Positions 11,660 to 20,829 of a DNA stretch of 64,000 bases are shown in pieces (positions within the stretch are counted from its first letter, which is position 1; each line of letters starts with the position of its first letter). The stretch spans positions 1,216,001 to 1,280,000 of the forward strand of contig CAVXPZ010000001.1 in NCBI GenBank assembly GCA_963763775.1, written 5' to 3'. Under the pieces are notes generated by a model. It was not told the origin of the DNA. It did not search any database and saw nothing but the letters and a program-made list of their open reading frames with translations. The position numbers and the translations under genes are program-made. Origin of the DNA: an uncultured Chloroflexia bacterium (lineage in GTDB: Bacteria > Chloroflexota > Limnocylindria > Limnocylindrales > CSP1-4).

Positions 11660-11760
11660 CGCCCGCCGCCTCCGGGCGCGCGGCAGCCGTCCGGCCCGTC
11701 CTGACCGTGCCGCCGGTCCCGTGCGGCGGCGGGTCGCTCGGGAAGTGCGAGAATGAGGGC

Positions 11761-12111
11761 GTGACCACGCCCGTTCGGATCCACGCCGATCGCGAGGCCG
11801 GCACGCTCCAGATCGGCTGGGACGACGGCCACGACACGACGTACACCGCGCTCGCCCTGCGCTGGCTCTGTCCGTGCGCCTACTGCCGGGGCGAGGCGGG
11901 CCTTCCGGGCTGGCTCGACAGCGCCCCCACGCTCACGGCGGACCAGACGCGGATCGTCGACGTGCAGCTCGTCGGCAACTACGCGCTGGCCCCGTCCTGG
12001 GGCGACGGCCACCACACCGGCTATTACACGTTCGACCTGCTGCGCCATCACTGCCCCTGTCCGGACTGCACGGCCTCGCGCATGGCCGACCACCACAAGG
12101 AGTCCGCATGA
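11761..12111 (+). CDS. DUF971 / GBBH-like N-terminal domain protein
   Basis: WDDGH, LRWLCPCAYCRG, VGNYAL...WGDGHHTGYY. Confidence 0.85.
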   Translation: MTTPVRIHADREAGTLQIGWDDGHDTTYTALALRWLCPCAYCRGEAGLPGWLDSAPTLTADQTRIVDVQLVGNYALAPSWGDGHHTGYYTFDLLRHHCPCPDCTASRMADHHKESA

Positions 12112-12452
12112 TCGTCGTGACCACGCCCTACCTGTCGGGGCACCGCGTCGTCGAATCGAAGGGGATGGTCTTCGGGCTGGTCGTCCGGAGCCGAGGGCTC
12201 GGCGGCAACCTCATGGCCAGCATCCGCTCCCTCGGCGGCGGGGAGATCCACGAGTACACGAGCCTGCTCGAGGACACCCGACGTCAAGCGCTCGACCGGC
12301 TCGTGCAGAACGCCACGCTGCTCGGCGCCAATGCGGTCCTCTCGATGCGGTTCGACAGCTCGGAACTGTCGGGCACGATGAGCGAGATCGTCGCCTACGG
12401 GTCCGCGGTCGTCGTCGCCGCCGACCCGTCCGCCTCGACCGCGGCGGACTAG
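12108..12452 (+). CDS. YbjQ (UPF0145) family protein
   Basis: MIVVTTP...GGEIHEYT...R.QAL.RL..GANAV..MRFD...EIVAYGSAV; ATGA overlap with upstream gene. Confidence 0.9.
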   Translation: MIVVTTPYLSGHRVVESKGMVFGLVVRSRGLGGNLMASIRSLGGGEIHEYTSLLEDTRRQALDRLVQNATLLGANAVLSMRFDSSELSGTMSEIVAYGSAVVVAADPSASTAAD

Positions 12453-12455
12453 CCG

Positions 12456-12818
12456 ATGGACCGGCGCCTGGGCGTCACGATCGCCCGAGCCATCGTCGTC
12501 CTCGGCGGGGTCCTCCTCGCGGCGCTCGGGGTCGTGACCCTCGTGATGACGCCGGCCATCTTCACCGGGTTGTTCCTGATCGGGCTCGGCGCGGTGATGA
12601 TCGTGGGCGCCCTCATGGAACGGATGCGCTATCGCTCGGCGACGGCCGAGCTGACCGCGGCGCCGGCCGGTCCGGGTGGCGGCGAGCCGGTCGACCGGGC
12701 CATGGAGTCGCGGTTCCAGCGGACCGACGAGCGGTTCGTCGACCCCACGACCGGGACCCGCATGCGCGTCTGGATCGATCCGGCCAGCGGAGAGCGTCGG
12801 TACCGCGCCGAGGAGTGA
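12456..12818 (+). CDS. hypothetical membrane protein
   Basis: Two TM helices then FQRTDERFVDPTTG..RVWIDPASGERRY. Confidence 0.75.
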   Translation: MDRRLGVTIARAIVVLGGVLLAALGVVTLVMTPAIFTGLFLIGLGAVMIVGALMERMRYRSATAELTAAPAGPGGGEPVDRAMESRFQRTDERFVDPTTGTRMRVWIDPASGERRYRAEE

Positions 12819-12925
12819 CCGTCGTAGCCCTTTCGGGGAGTCCGGGAGTGTCGTCGGGCCGTGCTATCCTCGCCCGCCGGGCCCGTTCCACCCCGGCTTG
12901 AGCGTCCAGGAGCCCATCACCCGCC

Positions 12926-15103
12926 ATGGCTGCCGTCGAACCAGGTGTATCCGCTCGGACCGCGGCACCGGCACGCCCACGACGGTCGACGAAGCCGAAG
13001 GCGGAGCTCCCCTACCTCAATCGCGAGCTCTCCTGGCTCGAATTCAACGCCCGGGTGCTCCATGAGGCGCGCGACGCGCGCAACCCCCTGCTGGAGCGAG
13101 TCCGCTTCCTGACGATCTTCGCGAGCAACCTCGACGAGTTCTTCCAGGTCCGGATCGCCGGCCTGCGCGAGCAGGTCGAGTCCGGCAGCGTCCACCGCTC
13201 CCGCGACGGCCGGACGGCGGCCGAGCAGCTCGCGGCCGCCCGCGAGCGCGTCCTGGGGCTCGTCGCGGAGCACTCGGCGATCTTCGTCGACGTCCGGCGC
13301 GCCCTGGCGGTCGAAGGGGTCGAGCTGGTCGATTACTCGGCCATCCCCGAGCACCACGAGGCGCTCCGCCAGCGATTCCTCGACGAGATCTTCCCGGTCC
13401 TGACGCCGCTCGCGGTGGACCCGGGGCACCCGTTCCCGTACATCTCGACGCTCAGCCTCTCGATCGCCGTGGGCCTGGTCGACCCGGAGACCGGGGAGCG
13501 CAGCTTCGCCCGCGTGAAGGTCCCGCAGATCCTGCCGCGGCTGCTCGAGGTCGGCCCCGAGCGCTTCGTCCTGATCGACCAGGTCATCGAGGCCAACCTC
13601 GACGAGCTCTTCCTCGGGATGCAGATCGTCGAGCATCACCTGTTCCGGGTCACCCGGAACGCCGACCTCGCGATCGAGGAGGACGAGGCGGACGATCTCC
13701 TCCTCGCGATCGAGGAGGAGCTGCGGCGACGGCGGTTCGGCGAGGCCGTGCGACTCGAGGTCGAGCGCTCGATGCCGGCCAACACGCGCGTGATCCTCCA
13801 GCGAGGCCTCGGTCTGGCGGAAGAGGACTCCTACGAAGTCAGCGGCATGCTCGACATGACCGGGCTCGGCCAGATCGCGGACCTCGCGCGGCCGGACCTC
13901 CAGCGACCGACCTGGACGCCGATCACGCCGACGCGATTGCTGCCGCCCGACGAGGACGTGCCGGCCGACACGTTCGCGGCGATCCGCGCGGGCGACATCC
14001 TCGTCCACCACCCGTACGAGTCGTTCGCCGCCTCCGTCGAGCGGTTCATCACGCAGGCCGCCGACGACCCGGACGTCCTCTCGATCAAGCAGACCCTGTA
14101 CCGCACCTCGGGTGACTCCCCCATCGTCCAGTCGCTCATCCGCGCGGCCGAGCGCGGCAAGCAGGTGGTGGTCCTCGTCGAGATCAAGGCACGGTTCGAC
14201 GAAGAGGCGAACATCGTCTGGGCTCGGAAGCTGGAACGTGCCGGCGCGCACGTCGTGTACGGCCTGGTCGGGCTCAAGACGCACTCGAAGACCGCCCTGG
14301 TGGTCCGGCGCGAGGGGTCCGGGCTCCGGCGCTACGTCCATATCGGGACCGGCAACTACAACCCCAAGACCGCGCGGCTGTACGTGGACCTGGGCCTGCT
14401 CACGGCCCGCCCCGAGATCGGCGCCGACGTCACGGACCTCTTCAACGTGCTGACCGGACTCTCCCGGCAGCGGACGTTCCGGCGACTCCTCGTCGCGCCG
14501 CACAGCCTCCGCTCGCGGTTCCTCCAGCTCGTGGAGCGCGAGATCGGCCACGCGCGCAACGGTCACGACGCCCGGATCATCCTCAAGCTCAACGCCATCG
14601 TCGACGGCCCGAGCATCGACGCGCTCTACGAGGCGTCGCAGGCCGGCGTGCGGATCGAGCTGATCGTGCGGGCCGCGTGCTCGCTGCAGCCGGGCCTCGA
14701 GGGCATCTCGGAGAACATCCACGTCCGCTCGATCATCGGGCAGTTCCTCGAGCACTCGCGGATCTGGTCGTTCGAGAACGCGGGCGATCGCGAGTGGTAC
14801 ATCGGCTCGGCCGATCTGATGGACCGCAACCTCGATCGCCGCGTCGAGGCCATCGTGCCGGTGGAGGACCCGGACGCCCGGGCGCGCCTCGCGACGATCG
14901 TCGACATCATGCTCGCGGACGACCGCCGTTCCTGGCAGCTCCAGTCGGACACGACCTGGGTTCGCACCGAGGTCCTCGACGGCCGGGAAGGGACCGTCGA
15001 CACGTTCGAGACGCTCAAGGAGCTGGCCCTGGCCCAAGGTCACGTCGCCGACATCCCGCGCCGACCCGGGACGGGTGTCGGCTCCCTGGACCCGCGGGCA
15101 TGA
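12926..15103 (+). CDS. ppk1: polyphosphate kinase 1
   Basis: NRELSWLEFNARVL, NLDEFFQVR, HPFP, LVHHPYESF, KTHSK, GTGNYN, FLEHSRI, GSADLMDRNLDRRVE. Confidence 0.98.
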   Translation: MAAVEPGVSARTAAPARPRRSTKPKAELPYLNRELSWLEFNARVLHEARDARNPLLERVRFLTIFASNLDEFFQVRIAGLREQVESGSVHRSRDGRTAAEQLAAARERVLGLVAEHSAIFVDVRRALAVEGVELVDYSAIPEHHEALRQRFLDEIFPVLTPLAVDPGHPFPYISTLSLSIAVGLVDPETGERSFARVKVPQILPRLLEVGPERFVLIDQVIEANLDELFLGMQIVEHHLFRVTRNADLAIEEDEADDLLLAIEEELRRRRFGEAVRLEVERSMPANTRVILQRGLGLAEEDSYEVSGMLDMTGLGQIADLARPDLQRPTWTPITPTRLLPPDEDVPADTFAAIRAGDILVHHPYESFAASVERFITQAADDPDVLSIKQTLYRTSGDSPIVQSLIRAAERGKQVVVLVEIKARFDEEANIVWARKLERAGAHVVYGLVGLKTHSKTALVVRREGSGLRRYVHIGTGNYNPKTARLYVDLGLLTARPEIGADVTDLFNVLTGLSRQRTFRRLLVAPHSLRSRFLQLVEREIGHARNGHDARIILKLNAIVDGPSIDALYEASQAGVRIELIVRAACSLQPGLEGISENIHVRSIIGQFLEHSRIWSFENAGDREWYIGSADLMDRNLDRRVEAIVPVEDPDARARLATIVDIMLADDRRSWQLQSDTTWVRTEVLDGREGTVDTFETLKELALAQGHVADIPRRPGTGVGSLDPRA

Positions 15104-17241
15104 CCGAGACCCTCCGCCCCGTCGAGGTCGAGCTCAAGTACCGCGTGCTCGACATGACCGCCGCCGAGCGGTATCTCGTCGCGCCGAGCATCGGCGCGTT
15201 CGTCGGGGCGTCCCAGGCGCGGTCGACCCAGATGGAGGACCGCTACGTCGACACGGCGGACCGGGCGTTCGAGCGTGCCGGCTTCGCGGTCCGACTCCGC
15301 TCGTCCGGCACCGGCGTCATCGTCTCGATCAAGTCGCTGAGCCGGCGCGAGGGCGCCGGCGGGTCCGTCGGGCGCGAGGAGATCGAGGGTCCGGCGATCC
15401 GCGCGGCGGGGCCGTCGGACTGGCCCGCCTCGGATGCCCGCTCGCTCGTGCTCGAGCTCGCCGGCGATGCGCCACTCGTCGAAGTCGTGACGATCCGGCA
15501 GCTCCGCCGCAAGCGCCAGCTCCGTGACGGGTCCACGCGCGTCGAGTTGAGCCTCGACGAGGTCGACGTCGTGGCGAGCAAGCGAGTGGTGGCGCGCTTC
15601 GTGGAGCTCGAAGCCGAGCTGACGAAGGGCAACGAGGCGCGTCTCAACGGGCTGGCGACCGTCTTCCGCGCCGACCCCGCGCTGAGCCCGGCGATGACGA
15701 GCAAGTTCGAAGCGGCGCTCGCGGCGATGCGGCCGGCGCCGACCAGCAAGTTCGAGGCGGCGCTCGCGGCGCTGGCCGACGTCACCCCGGATGACGACGT
15801 GGCGGTCGAGGCGACCGCGGTCGAGGCGCCGGCCGCGGTCGACACGCCGTCGATGCCCGAGGAGCTCGCCGCCGAGCCGGAGCCCGCCGCCATGGAGACC
15901 ACCGAGGCCATCGAGGCCGCCGAGACCAACGAGCAGCAGGCTCCCGAGGCCGCAGCCGACGAGGCGGTCGCCGTCGCCGAGCCGGTCGCAGAGGCCCCGC
16001 CGATCGACCCGATCGAGGCGATCGCGGCCGCCGAACCGCCGGTCATCGATCTCGACGTCCCGGAGCCCGAGCACGATCCCGAGGCCGCAGCCGACGCTGA
16101 GGCCGACGCGGCGGAACACGAAGCGGATCTCGCGGCGATCGCCGCTGCCCACGCCGCCGCGATCGACGCGGCCGAGCCCGTGGATGCGGTCGTCGACGAG
16201 GATGCCGAGGTCATCGAGGTCCACGCGACCTCCGAGGACGTGCCGACCACGTCGGACGTGGTCAGCGAGGCCGTCGAGGCGGCGGCGGCAGAGAGCGAGC
16301 CGCTCGCCATCAGCAAGACCGCGGGCGTCACCGCGGACGACCACATCGCGGAGGCGGGCCGCAAGGTCATGCGCTTCCACCTCGCGCGGATGCTGGCCCG
16401 CGAAGCCGGCACGCGCCTCGGCAAGGACCCCGAGGAGCTCCACGCGATGCGCGTCGCCACGCGACGGCAGCGCGCCGCCTGGCGGGTGTTCGGCGGGTCG
16501 TTCCGCACCGCGAGGACGAAGAAGTTCCGCAAGGGCCTGCGCGAGACCGCCGCTCGTCTCGGAGCCGTCCGCGACCTGGACGTGCTGCTCGAGGCCGCCG
16601 ACCATTACCGCGCCGACCTCCCGGTCACGGAGCAGCGCGCGCTGGAGCCACTCCTCGCCGACTGGCGCAACCATCGCGAGGGGGCCCGGGTCCTGCTCGC
16701 GCGCGAGCTCGATTCGGAGGGATACCGCCGCTGGGTCGACGACTATCGGGACTTCGTGCGAACCGAGGGCGCCGGCGTCCTGCCGGTGGGTCCGGTCGAA
16801 CCGCATCGGGTCCGCGACACCGCGCCGTCCGCGATCTGGACCGCCTATGAGCAGGTCCGCGGCTACGAGCCCGTCCTCCGCTGGGCCGATGTCGAGACGC
16901 TCCACGACCTGCGGATCGCCGGCAAGTGGCTGCGCTACACGCTCGAATTCGTGAAGGAGGCGCTCGGCCCGGATTCGGCGCCACTCATCGCGCGCGTCAC
17001 CGCGCTCCAGGACCACCTCGGGCTCATGCACGACGCCGACGTGTCGGCGTCGATGGCCAGGGCGTTCCTCGTCGAGCACGCCGGGCAGCTCTCCTCGCTC
17101 GAGAGCGCCGCGATCGGCCGCTACCTGGTCAATCGCGAGCGTGAGGTCGCCCGCCTGCGCCGGACGCTCAACACCACGTGGCGCGGCGTGGACAGCCTGG
17201 CGTTCCGTCGGGCCCTCGGTCGAGTGGTCGCCGGCCTCTAG
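15100..17241 (+). CDS. CYTH (triphosphate tunnel) + CHAD domain protein with a long acidic linker
   Basis: N-terminal EVELK, YVDTAD, ELSLDEV, ELEAEL; C-terminal ELHAMRVATRRQR, LGAVRDLDV, LHDLRIAGKWLRY, LQDHLGLMHDADV; ATGA overlap with ppk1. Confidence 0.92.
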   Translation: MTETLRPVEVELKYRVLDMTAAERYLVAPSIGAFVGASQARSTQMEDRYVDTADRAFERAGFAVRLRSSGTGVIVSIKSLSRREGAGGSVGREEIEGPAIRAAGPSDWPASDARSLVLELAGDAPLVEVVTIRQLRRKRQLRDGSTRVELSLDEVDVVASKRVVARFVELEAELTKGNEARLNGLATVFRADPALSPAMTSKFEAALAAMRPAPTSKFEAALAALADVTPDDDVAVEATAVEAPAAVDTPSMPEELAAEPEPAAMETTEAIEAAETNEQQAPEAAADEAVAVAEPVAEAPPIDPIEAIAAAEPPVIDLDVPEPEHDPEAAADAEADAAEHEADLAAIAAAHAAAIDAAEPVDAVVDEDAEVIEVHATSEDVPTTSDVVSEAVEAAAAESEPLAISKTAGVTADDHIAEAGRKVMRFHLARMLAREAGTRLGKDPEELHAMRVATRRQRAAWRVFGGSFRTARTKKFRKGLRETAARLGAVRDLDVLLEAADHYRADLPVTEQRALEPLLADWRNHREGARVLLARELDSEGYRRWVDDYRDFVRTEGAGVLPVGPVEPHRVRDTAPSAIWTAYEQVRGYEPVLRWADVETLHDLRIAGKWLRYTLEFVKEALGPDSAPLIARVTALQDHLGLMHDADVSASMARAFLVEHAGQLSSLESAAIGRYLVNREREVARLRRTLNTTWRGVDSLAFRRALGRVVAGL
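15697..15771 (+). repeat. intragenic tandem duplication, 45-bp period (TSKFEAALAA x2)
   Basis: acgagcaagttcgaagcggcgctcgcggcg at 15697 and accagcaagttcgaggcggcgctcgcggcg at 15742. Confidence 0.85.
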
Positions 17242-17279
17242 CCGATCCGGACAGGCTCGGCGTCCCCGCGACCGCGGCC

Positions 17280-17516
17280 CGTTGCCCCACAGACAACGGA
17301 TTCAGGGTCTGGCTCTGGCACGGGGCCCGATCGCGACGCCCCCTCCCCGAAACGTTGCCTGCCAGACGACGGCAGCATGCCCAAGGTCGATCTCCCGCCC
17401 CGTTCGACCCCACTGAGCGCGTCGATGTTGCCCGTCAGGCAACGGTTGGCGCTGGCGAGCCCGGATCGTGGGGCGCGCCCCGGCTTCGGCCTGCGGACGT
17501 TGCTCACCAGGCAACG
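17280..17516. repeat. regularly spaced array: four 19-bp palindromic repeats (consensus CGTTGCC-NNN-CAGRCAACG) with three unique 53-54-bp spacers
   Basis: Copies at 17280 CGTTGCCCCACAGACAACG, 17353 CGTTGCCTGCCAGACGACG, 17426 TGTTGCCCGTCAGGCAACG, 17498 CGTTGCTCACCAGGCAACG; period 73, 73, 72. Confidence 0.85.
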
Positions 17517-17536
17517 CCGCCCGGGGGCCGCTCGGG

Positions 17537-18478
17537 TCAGGCTCGCCAGCCGTGGGCGAGCTCCGGGAGTCGATCGCGCCAGGCGATCCCGGCGTGGGCC
17601 GTCGCCAGGATGAGGCCCTCGCGGATCCCCGCCTCCGACACGCGAAGGGACTCGGCGCCGTACTGGCGCAGGATCGCATCGACGATGACGGCGCCGGCCG
17701 GCAGGATGCGGGCTCGCGCTTCGCGAAGGCCGTGGCGCTTCGCCGCGAGGTCCGCTGGCTCGGCGGCCAGGAGGGCCATCGCGCGAGCCGTCTTGTCTCG
17801 GGTCAAGGTCCCCTTCGATGCCCCGAAGCGGATCACCTTCAAGAGGTTCGAGACGGTCCCGCCGACCGCGACGATCTCCTGCGGCGAGGCGGGCGGCGCG
17901 GTCGCGACGACCCGTCGGGCATCCTCGAGCATCGCCATGAGTTCTTCGGCGGTGGGCGGGTCGTGCGTGACGTGGCGATCGGTCAGTCGGGCGGCGCCGA
18001 GCCGCAGCCCGGTCGCGCGCGGCGGTGAACCTGGCCCGATGAACGAGAACTCCGAGCTTCCGCCGCCGACGTCGATGATGAGCGTCTCGCGGGCGACCGG
18101 CCGACCGGCCATCACCCCGACCACCGTGAGCAGCGCCTCTTCCTCGTGTGTCAGGACGTGCAAGGCGAGTCCGGCGCGCCGCTCGACATCACGGACGATG
18201 GCGGGGCCGTCGCCCGCTCGGCGGATCGGCTCCGTGCCCGCGACCGTCACGGACGTGGCGCCGAGGCCACGCGCGACCTCCGCGTAGACCGCGAGGGCGT
18301 CGGCCAGGCCGAGGCGAGCCTCCGGACCCAGGAGGCCGTGCTCGGCGACGGCTTTACCGAGCCCGAGGAACACGGACTCGTCCGTGAGCGTGGTCAGCCG
18401 ATGGTTGGTGACCGTCGCGACGAGGAGATGGACCGAGTTCGAGCCGACGTCGATCGACGCACCGACGACGGGCGGCAT
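17537..18478 (-). CDS. ppx: Ppx/GppA family exopolyphosphatase (ASKHA domains only)
   Basis: IDVGSNSVHL, GTEPIRRA, EEEALL, IDVGGGSSE, VGGTVSNL, GIREG. Confidence 0.9.
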   Translation of the reverse strand: MPPVVGASIDVGSNSVHLLVATVTNHRLTTLTDESVFLGLGKAVAEHGLLGPEARLGLADALAVYAEVARGLGATSVTVAGTEPIRRAGDGPAIVRDVERRAGLALHVLTHEEEALLTVVGVMAGRPVARETLIIDVGGGSSEFSFIGPGSPPRATGLRLGAARLTDRHVTHDPPTAEELMAMLEDARRVVATAPPASPQEIVAVGGTVSNLLKVIRFGASKGTLTRDKTARAMALLAAEPADLAAKRHGLREARARILPAGAVIVDAILRQYGAESLRVSEAGIREGLILATAHAGIAWRDRLPELAHGWRA

Positions 18479-18492
18479 CGAGCGGCGGGCGA

Positions 18493-19461
18493 TCAGGCGC
18501 CGGGCGCGGGCTTGGCCGGCGTCCGCGGCTTCGACGCCGCGGTCGCCGACGGCGTCTTGCGGGTGGCGGCCTTCGTGGCGCTGGCCGGTTTCGCGGCCTT
18601 GGTCGTCGACGTCTTGGTCGCCGCCGGCTTTGCGGTCGACGCCGGTTTCGCGGTCGACGCGTTCGCCGCGGGCGGCTTCTTCGCCGCAGCAGGCTTCTTC
18701 GCGGCCGGCTTCTTCGCGGCCGGGGCCTTGGTCGTGGCCGAGGTCGTCGTCGCGGCCGACGTCTTGGCGGCCGGCTTCTTCGCGGCGGCCGGCTTCTTCG
18801 CGGCGGCTGTCTTCTTTGGCGCACTCGCCTTCGCCCGAGGCTTTGCGATCGGCTCGGCCGCCGGCGCGTCCGCGTCGTCGACCGCGGGTGGGGACGTCTT
18901 GATCGGCGAAACGGCGACGACCGCTTTCGCGGCGGCGGACCCGCCGGCTTTCACGGCGCCGCCCGCGGCGCTCCTGGCCTGGCTGGCCGCGCCCGCCGCC
19001 GCCCCGGCCGCCGCACCGGCGGCATGACCGGCCGCACCGGCTGCGGCTCCAGCGGCATGACCCGCAGCGCCGGCGGCAGCACCAGCGGCACGGCCCGCAG
19101 CGCCCGCCGCGGCACCGGCGGCATGACCGGCGCGCGCGCCCGCCGAACCCGCCGCGCCGCCCACGGCCGACGTCGCGATCGACGCGATCCGCTGCGCGAG
19201 CGCCGCCACCTCGGCGGCGGCTTCACCAGCCTGTCGGCGGCGCTTCTCGACCTGCTTCCCGCCCTTGCCTGCCTGCGCCGCGGCGAGCTGCTTGAGTCGC
19301 TTGGCTTCCTTCTCGGTCGCGGCCATGAGCTGCTGCTCGAGCTTGCGGAGTTCCTTGGCCGCACTCCTGGAGAGCGGCACCACGACGTCGCGTGCGTCGC
19401 CCACGAACCCGGACGCGGCGCCCACCACGCCGTCGGTCGGGACCGCTCGCTTCTTCGCCAT
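18493..19461 (-). CDS. histone H1-like / AlgP-like Lys-Ala-Pro-rich protein
   Basis: GGGGAG SD before MAKKRAV; N-terminal coiled coil, central 11-aa repeats, C-terminal AKKPAA repeats; ends 14 bp before the ppx start. Confidence 0.75.
   Translation of the reverse strand: MAKKRAVPTDGVVGAASGFVGDARDVVVPLSRSAAKELRKLEQQLMAATEKEAKRLKQLAAAQAGKGGKQVEKRRRQAGEAAAEVAALAQRIASIATSAVGGAAGSAGARAGHAAGAAAGAAGRAAGAAAGAAGHAAGAAAGAAGHAAGAAAGAAAGAASQARSAAGGAVKAGGSAAAKAVVAVSPIKTSPPAVDDADAPAAEPIAKPRAKASAPKKTAAAKKPAAAKKPAAKTSAATTTSATTKAPAAKKPAAKKPAAAKKPPAANASTAKPASTAKPAATKTSTTKAAKPASATKAATRKTPSATAASKPRTPAKPAPGA
18997..19128 (-). repeat. 4 x 33-bp coding repeat, G[H/R]AAGAAAGAA
   Basis: GHAAGAAAGAA GRAAGAAAGAA GHAAGAAAGAA GHAAGAAAGAA in the translation. 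Confidence 0.85.
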
Positions 19462-19541
19462 CGGATGGTCACTCCCCTGGTCGGCTCGGTCCGACATCTC
19501 GGCGCACCGTACCATCCCCGTGTGCGATGCGGAGACGATCC

Positions 19542-19913
19542 ATGCCACTGGTCCTGATCGGCCTCGGCGGCTTCGCCGGCGCCATCGCCCGCTACCTCGT
19601 GGACGGCGCCGTCGCCGAGCGGACAGGCGGCGGGTTCCCGTGGGGCACGCTCGTCATCAACGTCAGCGGTTCGTTCCTCCTGGGCCTGCTGTTCGCGCTG
19701 ACCGCCGAGCGAGCGATCCTGCCGGCCGACATCCGCGGCCCGGTGATGATCGGCTTCCTCGGCGCCTACACGACGTTCTCCACGTTCATGCTCGAGTCGT
19801 GGCGACTCGTCGAGACCGGCGCCTGGGCGGCGGCCCTGGCCAACCTCGGCGGATCGATCGTGCTCGGCCTGGTGGCCGTCGTCGCGGGGATGACCCTCGG
19901 GAGGGCGCTGTGA
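19542..19913 (+). CDS. crcB: fluoride efflux channel Fluc/CrcB
   Basis: GGFAGAIARY, FPWGTLVINVSGSF, GFLGAYTTFSTF. Confidence 0.95.
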   Translation: MPLVLIGLGGFAGAIARYLVDGAVAERTGGGFPWGTLVINVSGSFLLGLLFALTAERAILPADIRGPVMIGFLGAYTTFSTFMLESWRLVETGAWAAALANLGGSIVLGLVAVVAGMTLGRAL

Positions 19914-20773
19914 GACACATCGAGGGACCGGCGCTGCTGGTCCGCGTCTACATCGGCGAGGCTGACCACACCGGCGGCAAGCCCACGTACCAGGCCATCG
20001 TCGAGCTGCTCCGGACGCGCGGCATCGCCGGCGCGACGGTCCTGCGCGGCGTCGAGGGCTTCGGGGCCAACGCCCACCTCCACACGACGCGCCTGCTCCG
20101 ATTGTCGGAGGACCTGCCCATCCTCATCGAGGTGGTCGACGAAGAGGCGCGGCTGCGGGCGGTCCTTCCCGAGATCGACGCCCTCGTCGGCGATGGGCTC
20201 ATCACGCTCGAAAAGGTCGAGGTGCTCGCCTACCGCGGCACTGGCCCGACAGTCGGCGGCCGACTGACCTCCAGCGCCGACGTGGACGACGCCGAGCCCA
20301 CCGCCACCGCGGGCATCCCGACGACTCCGGAGGGCAGCGACGACGCGCTCGGCCCGTGGCATCGCGACGGCTACACGATCTCGACCGACCCTGGCGCGAT
20401 CGACCATGCCGCCGTCCATCGATTCCTCGCCGCGTCCTATTGGGCGGCCGAGCGCCCGACCGAGGTGATCGACCGGTCCCTCGACGGATCGCTGACGTTC
20501 GGCCTGTACCACGACGACCACCAGGTCGGGATGGCGCGGGTCGTCTCCGACTACGCGACGTTCGCCTGGCTGTGCGATGTGTTCATCGAGCCCGAGCATC
20601 GCGGCGCCGGTCGCGGCCAGTGGCTCATCTCGGTCGTGACCGGCCACCCGCGGCTCCAGGGCCTGCGCTGGCTGCTCGGGACGAGCTACTCGCACTCCCT
20701 GTACGCCCGGTTCGGCTTCACCGAGGTCGAGCCGGGCCGCTTCATGATCCGCCGGGACGCGCAGGCTCGCTAA
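19910..20773 (+). CDS. DUF190 (PII-like) domain followed in frame by a GNAT acetyltransferase
   Basis: GIAGATVLRGVEGFG...LSEDLPILIEVVD, then YTISTD...FLAASYWA...ARVVSDYATFAWLCDVFIEPEHRGAGRG. Confidence 0.8.
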   Translation: MRHIEGPALLVRVYIGEADHTGGKPTYQAIVELLRTRGIAGATVLRGVEGFGANAHLHTTRLLRLSEDLPILIEVVDEEARLRAVLPEIDALVGDGLITLEKVEVLAYRGTGPTVGGRLTSSADVDDAEPTATAGIPTTPEGSDDALGPWHRDGYTISTDPGAIDHAAVHRFLAASYWAAERPTEVIDRSLDGSLTFGLYHDDHQVGMARVVSDYATFAWLCDVFIEPEHRGAGRGQWLISVVTGHPRLQGLRWLLGTSYSHSLYARFGFTEVEPGRFMIRRDAQAR

Positions 20774-20807
20774 CACGACGTTAACGTCGGCCCAACACCG
20801 AGTTATC
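20770..20807 (+). promoter_or_regulatory. candidate PHO box (four TTAAC-like units at 11-bp period)
   Basis: CTAAC 20770, TTAAC 20781, CCAAC 20792, TTATC 20803. Confidence 0.6.
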
Positions 20808-20829
20808 CGCCGACGCGGAGGCTCTGGGC

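Noticed and set aside
17280-17516. Canonical CRISPR array
   Set aside because: Repeats are 19 bp with a variable centre, spacers are 53-54 bp, and there is no AT-rich leader or cas gene; kept as an unexplained array instead
19462-19541. Fluoride riboswitch upstream of crcB
   Set aside because: The gap is only 80 bp and holds divergent promoter/SD signals; the GGCGATGG..GCC/CTGATGAC consensus is not recognisable
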